From NCBI GenBank assembly GCA_039923495.1, contig JBDTCO010000006.1:35066-99065 (forward strand): a stretch of 64,000 nt of DNA, given 5' to 3'. Origin of the DNA: Polyangia bacterium (GTDB taxonomy: Bacteria; Myxococcota_A; Polyangia; Palsa-1104). Position 1 is the stretch's first letter, and the number at the start of each line of letters is the position of its first letter. The position numbers were made by a program, and so were the translations under genes. Below the pieces are notes generated by a model that ran no database searches, was not told the DNA's origin, and saw nothing but the letters and a program-made list of their open reading frames with translations. This document shows, one piece after another, positions 40,316-49,277 of this stretch.

Positions 40316-43300
40316 CAGACCGCGATCGCGAGCCCGAGCTGCGCGCGTGCCTGCAGGTACGCCTCGCCGAGCGCGAAGTCGATGAGGTCGTCTTCCGCGC
40401 CGGGTGCGCACTCGTCGCCGACGACGCGCGCGGCCGTCGGCAGATCGTTGCACAGCAGGAGGCCGACGCGATCGGCCGTGCGCGCGAGACTCGTCACGTA
40501 ACGTCCGAGGTGGATGCGTTCGCGGCGCGCGCCGAGCAGCGCGTCGACCGTGGGGCGGATCGTCTTCGCGAGCTGCGACGCACGACCCGCGATCGCCTTG
40601 CGCAGCTCGGCCACTCGCCCGTCGGCGTCGTCAAAGCGCAGGCCCGGCTGAACGAGCGTGAGCGCGGCGCCGAGGTAGTCCTTGAGCTGGCTCGTCGGCA
40701 ACGCACCCGCGAGCGCGCGTCCCGGTCGCAGGTAGGACAGCGCGCGACCGAGCCGGAACACGAGCAGCACGAGGTCGGTGCACGCGAGCGCCTGCGGGCC
40801 GACGATGAGCACCGGCGGGCGCGATGCACCGACGTGGATCTCGGCGCCGAAGTCGGCGCGCGTGTGCACGTGTGGCGCCGGCACCGTCAGCTCGTGACAG
40901 GCGTAGGCGAGCGCCCGCGAGAATAGCTCGGGCAGCGCATCTTCGGGCATCACGGGACCGACCTCGAGCGCCTCGAGCGAGATCTCGGGCGCGCTGACCG
41001 AGAACACGTCGGCGAACAGCGCACCGAGCGCGCGATCGTCATCGACGTGGCGCAGCGAATCGAACACCGGCGACGACAGCGCGGCGTGCGCACGGACGAG
41101 GAAGCGCGGGCGATGTGCGCGCAGGTACTGCGTGGAGGACAGGTCGCTCTCGCCGCGGCACGCGAGCGCCATCGCGGAGACCAGCGCGGCATCCCAGCGC
41201 TCCGCGTCGCGGTGTGTCGAGAACAGCGCGAGGCCCGGCGAGGGGTCTTCGGGCTGCAGGCGCCACGCCTCGCGCAGGATGCTCGCCGTCTCCACGGAGC
41301 TCGCTGGATCGCGGTGCAGCAGTGCGGCGAGCGCGCGACGCGGGCGCGGATCGTCGGGCGAGAGCCGCGCGACCGTCTCGTACGCGACCTGGGCGGCGGA
41401 GAGATCGCCGAGGCGCGTGCGGTACAGCTCGGCGAGGCGCCACCACACCATGAGCGGCCGCTCCGTGGCGTCATCGGCGAGACGATGGATCAGGCGACGG
41501 TAGAGCTGCTCGAGCCGACGCCACTCGCCGCGTCGACCGAGGGCGGCCTCGACGAGCGTCAGCGCCTCCGCGCGCGTCGGTGCGTGATCGAGCACGATCT
41601 CGAGGTGACCGGCCGCTTGCTCGTCGTTGCCCTCGGCCGCGTCGATGCGGCCCGCGAACTCGTGCGCGTCCGTGTGATCGGGATCGATGGACAGTGCCGT
41701 GTCGAGGAACGGCCGGGCGAGGATCGCGGCCGCGCGGATGCGGTCGGAGCTCGCCGACTCGCGACCCGGACCGAGCGCGGTGAGGTACGTGGCCCAGCCG
41801 AGGAGCGCGTGATAGTCGGGCTGCTCCCCGTCGGCGTCGACGGCGAGCTGCAGCTTCTGCCGCGCCGCCGCGTGCTCACCGCGCGCGAGCTTTCCCTGGC
41901 CCTGGTGCGCGTGGACCTCGGCGTCGAGGCGCGGGTCGCTGCGTTTGCCCATCGGGATCGACGCGCCGAGCAGGCGATCGTAGGTCTGCCTCCGCTCGTG
42001 GTTGCCGAGCGTGTCCCAGGCGAGCCGGATGCGCGCGTCGATCTCCTTCAGGCGGCCATAGTCGCGCCCGAGATCGACTGCGGCGAACCGCTCGAAGCGG
42101 AAGCGCTTCGCGAGCGCGGCGTGAGCGAGCGCGAGGTCCTGCGTCGCAGCATCACGCGGCACGCCGAGCAGCTGGTAGTGATCCTTCGCGTGCAGCGCGA
42201 GGTACTCGGCCAGCACCTCGTTGCGCAGCGCATCGGTGTCCGCGTCGACGACGCGCGGCACCTCGGTGGGCGTGTTCGGCAGCGGGATCGAGAACACGCC
42301 GGAGTCCTCCTGCATCGGCATGTCGTCGTCGGACACGAGGTCGCGCACGGCGGTGTCGATGTCGGCGAACAGACCCTCGTCGCTCGCTCGCGGCGGTAGC
42401 TGCTGGGAGGCGCGCTCACGCCCGAGCTCGACGAGCGCGAGTGGATCTCGTGTGGGCGTGGCCTGCGCACCCGCACCGAGCGGCTCGAGCTGCGCGCAGC
42501 CGGTCTGGAGGAGCACGTCTGCCACCACGAGGAGGCTGGCTGCCTCGCGGTGCGCAACGAGCTCGGCCACGAGCGGCCGCTGATCGAAGATTCCGAGCCC
42601 ATCGCTTCCGAAGACCTTCGCGAGGGTTGCGCGGTAGCGCTCGGCGACGAGCGTCAGGGAGAAGCGCGCCGGGTGTGACCGCATGCGCGGCACGATCTCG
42701 TCGAGACGAGCGGTGCGACGCAGGCCCGAGAACACGAGGCGCGGCGTCTCGAACGGCAGCTCGAGGCGCTCGCCCTCGGGCTCACCCGGCTCGAATCGAA
42801 ACTCCCCATCGGGCCAGCGCAGCGTCGTGACGAGCTTGTGCCGCATCTGCGCCGCGAGCTCGTCGAGCAGCGCCTGTTCGTGCAGGTAACCGAGACGCAC
42901 GAGCACGCGACCGAGGCGCACGTTCTCGCGCTGCGCGAGGCCTATTGCGTGCTGGTGCTGCGCGTCCGAGATGCGTCCGCGCGTGACGAGCAGGTGTCCC
43001 AGCGTCTCGGGCCGCAGGTTCGAGCCGACGGCCACGGCTGCACCGCGCCTGAGCGTGACCTCCTTTTGGACGCGGCCGCGCACGAGCTGGAGCGTGCCGG
43101 TACGCCGCTGTTCCCACAGCTCGAGCAGGAGGCGCGGCACCGTCAGCTCCGCGAGCGAGCCTACCTCCACCTCGCCGTCGAGCTCGAGCGTCGGTACCTC
43201 GTCAGTCACCGCGGTGACGAGCGCCGTCACGAGCTCGGGCAGGTCGAGCGGTGTCGAGAACACCTGCGCTCCGAGCGCACTGGCCCGCTCACGCGTGTGC

Positions 43301-43569
43301 TCGTCGATGTGGCCCGCACCGAGGAAGAACAGCCTCACGGGCGCGAGCTGGGCCAGCTCGCTCGCGAGCTGGAGGCCATCCTTCTTGGGCAGGCGCAGGT
43401 CGCAGACGACGAGCTCTGCGGCGCGGGTCGTCATCTCCCGCAGCGCGCCGTCTGCGCTATCGACGTAGCGGATCTCGAGCTCTCCTGCGACGACGTGCGG
43501 GGCGAGGAGGTTCTCGAGGGCCCGTTGGGTCAGCGGGTCGTCTTCTACGATGAGGACCGACGGTGGCAC
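40315..43569 (-). CDS. multidomain response regulator (receiver, DUF4388-like region, J-domain-like segment, TPR repeats), 1084 aa
   Basis: N-terminal receiver VLIVEDDPLTQ...VVCDLRLPKKDG; DHYQLLGVPRDAATQDLALAHAALAKRF resembles a J-domain without a clear HPD; C-terminal TPR-like helices. Confidence 0.65.
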   Translation of the reverse strand: MPPSVLIVEDDPLTQRALENLLAPHVVAGELEIRYVDSADGALREMTTRAAELVVCDLRLPKKDGLQLASELAQLAPVRLFFLGAGHIDEHTRERASALGAQVFSTPLDLPELVTALVTAVTDEVPTLELDGEVEVGSLAELTVPRLLLELWEQRRTGTLQLVRGRVQKEVTLRRGAAVAVGSNLRPETLGHLLVTRGRISDAQHQHAIGLAQRENVRLGRVLVRLGYLHEQALLDELAAQMRHKLVTTLRWPDGEFRFEPGEPEGERLELPFETPRLVFSGLRRTARLDEIVPRMRSHPARFSLTLVAERYRATLAKVFGSDGLGIFDQRPLVAELVAHREAASLLVVADVLLQTGCAQLEPLGAGAQATPTRDPLALVELGRERASQQLPPRASDEGLFADIDTAVRDLVSDDDMPMQEDSGVFSIPLPNTPTEVPRVVDADTDALRNEVLAEYLALHAKDHYQLLGVPRDAATQDLALAHAALAKRFRFERFAAVDLGRDYGRLKEIDARIRLAWDTLGNHERRQTYDRLLGASIPMGKRSDPRLDAEVHAHQGQGKLARGEHAAARQKLQLAVDADGEQPDYHALLGWATYLTALGPGRESASSDRIRAAAILARPFLDTALSIDPDHTDAHEFAGRIDAAEGNDEQAAGHLEIVLDHAPTRAEALTLVEAALGRRGEWRRLEQLYRRLIHRLADDATERPLMVWWRLAELYRTRLGDLSAAQVAYETVARLSPDDPRPRRALAALLHRDPASSVETASILREAWRLQPEDPSPGLALFSTHRDAERWDAALVSAMALACRGESDLSSTQYLRAHRPRFLVRAHAALSSPVFDSLRHVDDDRALGALFADVFSVSAPEISLEALEVGPVMPEDALPELFSRALAYACHELTVPAPHVHTRADFGAEIHVGASRPPVLIVGPQALACTDLVLLVFRLGRALSYLRPGRALAGALPTSQLKDYLGAALTLVQPGLRFDDADGRVAELRKAIAGRASQLAKTIRPTVDALLGARRERIHLGRYVTSLARTADRVGLLLCNDLPTAARVVGDECAPGAEDDLIDFALGEAYLQARAQLGLAIAV

Positions 43570-43584
43570 CGGGTCACGACCGTA

Positions 43585-44568
43585 TCATGTCGACGACGGG
43601 AAATGACAGGCGCAGAGGTGGTCGTCCGTCGCCGCGATGAGCGTGGGTGCGGACTCCACACACACCGACGGACGACCGCGCTCGACGTAGCGGGCACAGC
43701 GCGGGTGGAAGTGGCACCCTGACGGCGGATCGGCGGGCGACGGCGGCTCGCCGAGGAGCGGCAGGCGCAGGCGACGGCGCGTCGGATCGGGCACCGGCAC
43801 CGCCGAGAGCAGCGCGCTCGTGTACGGGTGCAGCGGTGTGGCGAACAAGGCGCGCGGCCGACCCGACTCGACCACTCGCCCGAGGTACATGATGAGGACG
43901 CGATCGCAGAGGTGCCGCACCATCTTGAGGTCGTGCGAGATGAAGAGCATCGACAGGCCGCGCGCGGCCTTCTCGGCGGTGAGCAGGTTGACGATCTGTG
44001 CCTGGATCGACACGTCGAGCGCGGAGAGCGGCTCGTCGGCGACGACCAGCTTCGGATCGGTGGCGAGCGCGCGCGCGATGCCGATGCGCTGACGTTGTCC
44101 ACCGGAGAACTCGTGCGGCTTGCGCTGCGCCGAGTCCTTCGGTAGGCCCACCTGCGCGAGCAGCGCGGCGACGCGCTCGGTACGCTCCGCCGAGGTGCCG
44201 AGGTCGTGCACCACGAGCGGCTCGGCGACGATGTCCCCGACGCACATGCGCGGGTTCAGGGACGCGTACGGGTCCTGGAAGATCATCTGCGCGTTGCGAC
44301 GAAAAGCGCGCAGGGGGCCGGGGGCGAGCGCGGTGACGTCGACGCCGTCGATGGTGACGCGACCCTCGTCGGGCTCGACGAGCCGCAGGATCGCGCGCCC
44401 CAGCGTGGACTTGCCGCAGCCCGACTCCCCCACGAGCCCGAGGCTCTCGCCCTTTGCGATCGAGAACGAGACGCCGCTCACGGCCTGGACCGGGCGCGCC
44501 TTCTTGAAGAGGCCGCTCTGCCCTGGATAGCGCTTCACGAGCGACTGCACGTCGACGAACGCCATCAC
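43585..44568 (-). CDS. oppF: oligopeptide/dipeptide-type ABC transporter ATP-binding protein (OppF/DppF-like)
   Basis: Walker A GESGCGKST, signature LSGGQRQR, Walker B LVVADEP, C-terminal oligopeptide-type extension with CHFHPRC. Confidence 0.8.
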   Translation of the reverse strand: MMAFVDVQSLVKRYPGQSGLFKKARPVQAVSGVSFSIAKGESLGLVGESGCGKSTLGRAILRLVEPDEGRVTIDGVDVTALAPGPLRAFRRNAQMIFQDPYASLNPRMCVGDIVAEPLVVHDLGTSAERTERVAALLAQVGLPKDSAQRKPHEFSGGQRQRIGIARALATDPKLVVADEPLSALDVSIQAQIVNLLTAEKAARGLSMLFISHDLKMVRHLCDRVLIMYLGRVVESGRPRALFATPLHPYTSALLSAVPVPDPTRRRLRLPLLGEPPSPADPPSGCHFHPRCARYVERGRPSVCVESAPTLIAATDDHLCACHFPSST

Positions 44569-45584
44569 GTCACCGGATAGAAGCAGCGGACGAGGCGGCT
44601 GGGATCGTCGGAGGGCGAGGCGGCGAGCGTGCTTTCGAGCTGTGGCTCTTCCGCGACGCAGCGCGGCTGCGCACGATCGCAGCGTGCGGCGAAGCGGCAG
44701 TGAGTGGGCAGCTCGTGGAGGCGCGGGACCATGCCCGGGATCTCGGTGAGTGGCTGCGTGGCGAGCTCGTCGTCGAGAGAGAAGGGTGGGATGGAGCGCA
44801 GGAGACCGCGCGTGTACGGGTGGCGCGGCGCCGAGAACACGACGTTCACCGGTGCGCGCTCCACGACCTGACCCGCGTAGAGCACCACGACCTCGTCACA
44901 CGTCTCGGCGACCACGCCGAGATCGTGCGTGATGAGCAGCAGCGCCGCGCCGGTCTCTTTGCGTAGCGTGCCGAGCAGCGCGAGGATCTGCGCCTGGATC
45001 GTGACGTCCAGCGCGGTCGTCGGCTCGTCGGCGATCACGAGCCGCGGCGAGCACGCGATGGCCATCGCGATCATCACGCGCTGCCGCATGCCGCCCGACA
45101 GCTCGTGTGGATAGGAGAGCACACGTCGCTCCGGATCGGCGATCCCGACCTTCTTGAACAGCTCGACCGCCTGCGCGCGCGCGTCCTTGCGCGAGAGCCC
45201 GCGGTGCAGGACGAGCGGCTCGCCCACCTGATCGCCGACGCGCACGACCGGGTTCAGCGAGGTCATCGGCTCCTGGAAGATCATCGTGAGACGATCGCCC
45301 CGGACCGCGCACATCTCGCGCTCGGTCAGCGACAGCAGATCACGTCCCTCGAAGATCACCTGGCCCGACGCCACGCGGGCGGGCGGATCGTGGAGCAGCC
45401 GCGCGATCGACAGCGCCGTCACGGACTTGCCGGAGCCCGACTCGCCGACGAGGCCGAGCGCGGCACCCGGTGCCAACGAGAGCGACACGCGGTCGAGCGC
45501 GGTGACCTCGCCGTGCGGCGTGGAGAAGCGCGTCACCAGCTCCTTCACGTCGAGGAGCGGCGCAGAGGCGGGCGCTGTTACCAC
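44565..45584 (-). CDS. oppD: oligopeptide/dipeptide-type ABC transporter ATP-binding protein (OppD/DppD-like)
   Basis: Walker A GESGSGKS, signature LSGGMRQR, Walker B VIADEP; 4-nt overlap with oppF. Confidence 0.8.
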   Translation of the reverse strand: MVTAPASAPLLDVKELVTRFSTPHGEVTALDRVSLSLAPGAALGLVGESGSGKSVTALSIARLLHDPPARVASGQVIFEGRDLLSLTEREMCAVRGDRLTMIFQEPMTSLNPVVRVGDQVGEPLVLHRGLSRKDARAQAVELFKKVGIADPERRVLSYPHELSGGMRQRVMIAMAIACSPRLVIADEPTTALDVTIQAQILALLGTLRKETGAALLLITHDLGVVAETCDEVVVLYAGQVVERAPVNVVFSAPRHPYTRGLLRSIPPFSLDDELATQPLTEIPGMVPRLHELPTHCRFAARCDRAQPRCVAEEPQLESTLAASPSDDPSRLVRCFYPVT

Positions 45585-45835
45585 TCGTGATCGTCGCAGC
45601 CGCCGCCGGGGCGGTTGGAGCGCTTGCAGGGATCGAACGTGGCCTCTTTGGCCTCGCGCCCGTCGCCGCGGATCATGCCCATCGAGAACACGCGCTCGAC
45701 GGCGCCGCTACCGTGCACGGGCGCTTCACCCTCGACTCGCACGCAGAGCTCTGCGCAGCGCTCGCGCGGGGCTCCGACCTTCTCCAGCGACTCGAGGCGA
45801 GCGCCGCACTCGCACCTGTATTCGTAGATCGGCAT
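45578..45835 (-). CDS. FmdB-family zinc-ribbon protein
   Basis: Internal Met MPIYEYRCECGARLE is the FmdB N-terminal signature (MPIYEYxCxxCG); second Cys pair downstream; overlaps the oppD start by 7 nt. Confidence 0.6.
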   Translation of the reverse strand: MPIYEYRCECGARLESLEKVGAPRERCAELCVRVEGEAPVHGSGAVERVFSMGMIRGDGREAKEATFDPCKRSNRPGGGCDDHEW

Positions 45836-45924
45836 CACGGAAAGCATGCGCTGTCTTGTGGGAGCGGTCAAAGCGCGGGTCGAAACTGCTTGTGTCGTAT
45901 GACCGGAGTCGCTAGCAACGCGGC

Positions 45925-47364
45925 GTGAAGAACCTCGTCGCTCTCGGTCTCCTGGTGCTCGGTGCTGGCTGTGGTGGCAGCAACCATCCTGTCGATGACG
46001 GCGGCGTCGGCGATGCTGCGATTGCCGGTGACGCGGGCTGCACCGACGACGGCGGCTGCGGCGCGAAGCAGGCCGGTCAGGCGCTGCTCGTGCACGAGTA
46101 CGCGGACGCGTTTCAGGCCGGCACCGCGTGCGCCGCGCCGATCGACTGGACCGCGCTCGCGAACGGCGCCGCGCAGACGGTGCTCGACGGCGACGGCTCG
46201 AGCGCGGTCCTCTATCGCGCGATGCGCTCGATCCAGCTCGGCGTGCCCGAGGGTCACCAGGAGCTCTTCTACCCGGGTTGCGGCGACGAGGGCTCGACGC
46301 CGTATCAGGAGAGCACGTGGTACGGCGTGTGTGGACGTCCGCACGGCAACGCGGTCGTCGTCACGCAGGCACGTTCCGGTAACACGCTCGGGCTCGCCGT
46401 CGGCGATCAGATCGTCGGCACGTCGCGCTGGACGGCGGGCGCCACGTTCTTCGATCAGATCGCGAAGGAACCCGTGTGCGGCTCGTCGATGCCATCGGTG
46501 GGTGCGCAGCACGAGAACGCCGCCGCCTCGCTCTTTGGCCTCGTGCGCGCGGGCGACACGCTGACGGTGCAGGACGTAGGCGGCACGCTGCGCACGGTGA
46601 CCGCGCCCACGCACGACGCGATGAGCGCGTGGTGCATCGCGCCGTTCGGCGGCGTCGACGACTTCGAGGCGAAGGCCATGACGCGGGGCGATGGCGTGGT
46701 CGTGATCCGGGTGCCCGGCTTTCTCTCGTCGGCGCATCCGCTGCCCGACCCCGCCACGCAGGCGAGCTACGCCCAGTGGGTCTCGGACTACGTCGCGCGC
46801 CTGGCGACCACGCTCGATGGCGTGAAGGATGCGCCGGCGATCGTGTGGGACGCGCGCTCCAACACAGGTGGCTCGCCCGAGGTCGCGCTCGCGATCGTCG
46901 CCGGCATGCCCGGTGCGAAGGCGGGCGTGCTCTCGAAGGGCTTCCGCCGCGTCGAGGGGAGCGATCCGTTCGCATACCAGCCGGCGCCCATCGCCTCCTA
47001 CTCGTTCAATGCCACCGTCGGCGGACCGCTCGCGTACGGGGGCAAGGTCGCCGTGCTCATCGACGGGCTCACGTACAGCGCGGGCGACTTCTTCGCGTAC
47101 GCCGTGCACCACTTCTCGGGCGCGTTGCTCGTGGGGCGGCCCAGCGCGGGTGCGTTCGGCTACGGCGGCAGCGCGTCGGTGACCATCGGGACGCCGCCCG
47201 AGTTCGCGTACACGGTCGACTTCATGAAGTCGGTCGACGACCAGGGCGTGCCGCTCGAGGCGAACGAGGTGATGCCGGATCTCGTCGTCGAGTACGACCC
47301 CGCCGACCTTGCCGCAGGCCGCGACACCGTGCTCGAGGCCGCGGTGAGCGCGCTCCTGAAATAG
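45925..47364 (+). CDS. S41-family (C-terminal processing/tail-specific-like) peptidase lipoprotein
   Basis: Lipobox LVLGAGCGG; S41 motifs WDARSNTGGS and GLTYSAGDFFA (catalytic Ser region). Confidence 0.7.
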   Translation: MKNLVALGLLVLGAGCGGSNHPVDDGGVGDAAIAGDAGCTDDGGCGAKQAGQALLVHEYADAFQAGTACAAPIDWTALANGAAQTVLDGDGSSAVLYRAMRSIQLGVPEGHQELFYPGCGDEGSTPYQESTWYGVCGRPHGNAVVVTQARSGNTLGLAVGDQIVGTSRWTAGATFFDQIAKEPVCGSSMPSVGAQHENAAASLFGLVRAGDTLTVQDVGGTLRTVTAPTHDAMSAWCIAPFGGVDDFEAKAMTRGDGVVVIRVPGFLSSAHPLPDPATQASYAQWVSDYVARLATTLDGVKDAPAIVWDARSNTGGSPEVALAIVAGMPGAKAGVLSKGFRRVEGSDPFAYQPAPIASYSFNATVGGPLAYGGKVAVLIDGLTYSAGDFFAYAVHHFSGALLVGRPSAGAFGYGGSASVTIGTPPEFAYTVDFMKSVDDQGVPLEANEVMPDLVVEYDPADLAAGRDTVLEAAVSALLK

Positions 47365-47378
47365 CCGGTGCCTCCGGC
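47364..47378 (+). terminator. short GC hairpin gccgg-tgcct-ccggc overlapping the S41 stop codon
   Basis: Read directly from the sequence; weak. Confidence 0.25.
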
Positions 47379-47534
47379 AGTCTGACCGTTGGCGTCGTCG
47401 GGAACGACCGTCACGTGAAACATTTCCCACGCCATCGATATCGCGTGGATGCGAGCGTGCTGTCGCGCGGACACGATGGCCCGCGAGCTGCACCGAGGGA
47501 GAGACACCAGCTCACTTCCCCCGGAGGCTCCCCC

Positions 47535-47945
47535 ATGAACAAGTTCATCACGCTCGTCATCCTCGCGTCCTCGTCGCTCGCGTCGTCTGTCGCGCTTGGC
47601 GACAACTCGGGGCAGCGCCCCGGTCCGTCCGCCTGGGTCACGGCGAGGAACCAGCCGCAGTACAACAGCCTGAGGGCGCAGTCGTCGCAGCTGGGTGCGC
47701 GGCTGAATTCCTACAACACGCGTGCGATGACGCCGGCTTCGACCCCCGCCGCGTACAACGCGCTCAAGTCCGAGCAGCGCACGCTGGCCGCACAGGTCCA
47801 GTCGTACAACAGCACCGTGCAGCAGTTCGCGCAGCGCAACCCGGTCTCGCCGTACAACACGCCGGCTGCCACCGCCGCGCGCACGGCTCAGGCGCAGCAG
47901 AACAAGTTCATCATGAACCTCGTCGCGTCGCGCGCGCGTCGCTGA
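47535..47945 (+). CDS. small secreted Asn/Ser/Gln-rich protein, 136 aa
   Basis: GGAGG RBS at 47523-47527; signal peptide MNKFITLVILASSSLASSVALG; overlaps the convergent MerR gene end by about 35 nt. Confidence 0.45.
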   Translation: MNKFITLVILASSSLASSVALGDNSGQRPGPSAWVTARNQPQYNSLRAQSSQLGARLNSYNTRAMTPASTPAAYNALKSEQRTLAAQVQSYNSTVQQFAQRNPVSPYNTPAATAARTAQAQQNKFIMNLVASRARR

Positions 47946-48756
47946 GCGCAGCGTTCCGCGTGATCGCGGCGCGAGCGATCGGCGACGAGCGATCTGCGCA
48001 CAGCTCCGCCCATAGCGAGAGTGCGCGCTCGACGGAGCCTTCTTCCTCGTGCAGCAGCGCACGGCTCATGCGGGCCTGCACGGAGGTCGGATCGAGGACG
48101 AGCGCCTGATCGAGGTGCGTCACCGCTTCCACCTTGTCGCCGCGCGACGCGAGCAGCGCACCGAGGTTGGCGTGCGCCGGTCCGAGGCTCGGATCGAGCG
48201 CGAGCGCGCGACGGTACGCCTCGATCGCCGCGGTGTGGTTGTGCGCCGTCGTCTCGTGCAGCGCGGTGTCGAACCAGCCGAGCGCGGTCGTCGGCACGGC
48301 GTTCGGACCCGACGTCTCCCGGCGCGTGTGCTCGATGGACGTCACCGCACGCGGCACCGCGCGCGCCTCGAGCGCCGCGACCTCCTGCGACAGCTCGTCG
48401 AGCGCGAAGTCCATCACGCGCTGCCCGGTGAGCGGCTCGAAGGGCTGGTCACCCGCCACGACGAGGCGCTCCCCGTCGGAGAGCACGCGGAGGTGGAGCA
48501 GGGGACGATCGAGCGCGGGCAGCTGCGCCCGGAGCGCGTGGATCGCTTCTCGCACGCGCCGCGCGGGGACGCCACGTTCGGTGAGCTCGCGAGCGGCCTT
48601 GGCAGCGACGAGGTCCGTGAAGGCGTACATCGCGCGGCCGCCGTCGGCTGGCCTGTACGATGGACCCACGAGGCCGATCTGCGCCCAGTAGCGCACGCGG
48701 CTCTCGGGCACCCCGATGATGGACGCGACGTCGCGCGTCGACAGGCCGTCGTTCAT
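47911..48756 (-). CDS. MerR-family transcriptional regulator with C-terminal TPR-like domain
   Basis: Internal Met MNDGLSTRDVASIIGVPESRVRYWAQIGLVGPS is the MerR HTH; C-terminal TPR-like helices (AIEAYRRALALDPSLGPAHANLGALL). Confidence 0.7.
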   Translation of the reverse strand: MNDGLSTRDVASIIGVPESRVRYWAQIGLVGPSYRPADGGRAMYAFTDLVAAKAARELTERGVPARRVREAIHALRAQLPALDRPLLHLRVLSDGERLVVAGDQPFEPLTGQRVMDFALDELSQEVAALEARAVPRAVTSIEHTRRETSGPNAVPTTALGWFDTALHETTAHNHTAAIEAYRRALALDPSLGPAHANLGALLASRGDKVEAVTHLDQALVLDPTSVQARMSRALLHEEEGSVERALSLWAELCADRSSPIARAAITRNAALSDARATRRGS

Positions 48757-49214
48757 GGCTGCTCCTTGGCGGAGCCGGACTCCAGGCAGGGGCCCGACTC
48801 CAGATCGAGGTCGACGAGGAGCTTGTGGTCGTCGACGCGGCAGCGCAGCTGACCGGCGCGTACGTCGTCGGGTAGATCCATGCGCGCGCGACCGATCTCG
48901 AGCGCGCGCTGCACCACCGCCTTGCGCGCACGCGCGTCGTCGTGGAGCGCCTCGCACAGCCGGCGGCACATCGCCTCGTCTTGCGGCAGGCGCAGCCGTT
49001 CGTGGCGCAGATCGATCGTGAGCATCGCGGAGCCGAAGAACGCGCCGCCTGCGGAGCTGCCCGAGCTCGCCCCGCCCTCGACGAAGATCTCCGCGTGCTG
49101 GAGCAAGAGGTCGAGCGCGGTGAGGCTCAGGCGCTCGCGAACCTCGCGACGAAAGAGCGGCAGCGTCGGCTCCTCTGGATACGGCGGATGCGCTGTCACG
49201 GCCAAGGCACACAT
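48753..49214 (-). CDS. hypothetical protein, 153 aa, start-coupled to the MerR-family gene
   Basis: Protein-like composition unlike the surrounding Arg-rich frames; its stop overlaps the MerR start (ATGA). Confidence 0.35.
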   Translation of the reverse strand: MCALAVTAHPPYPEEPTLPLFRREVRERLSLTALDLLLQHAEIFVEGGASSGSSAGGAFFGSAMLTIDLRHERLRLPQDEAMCRRLCEALHDDARARKAVVQRALEIGRARMDLPDDVRAGQLRCRVDDHKLLVDLDLESGPCLESGSAKEQP

Positions 49215-49277
49215 TGTCTTACATGGTCCGGCCGACGTGGCGCCGGAGCAACTTTCGGAGACAGTCGCCTGCCGTTT

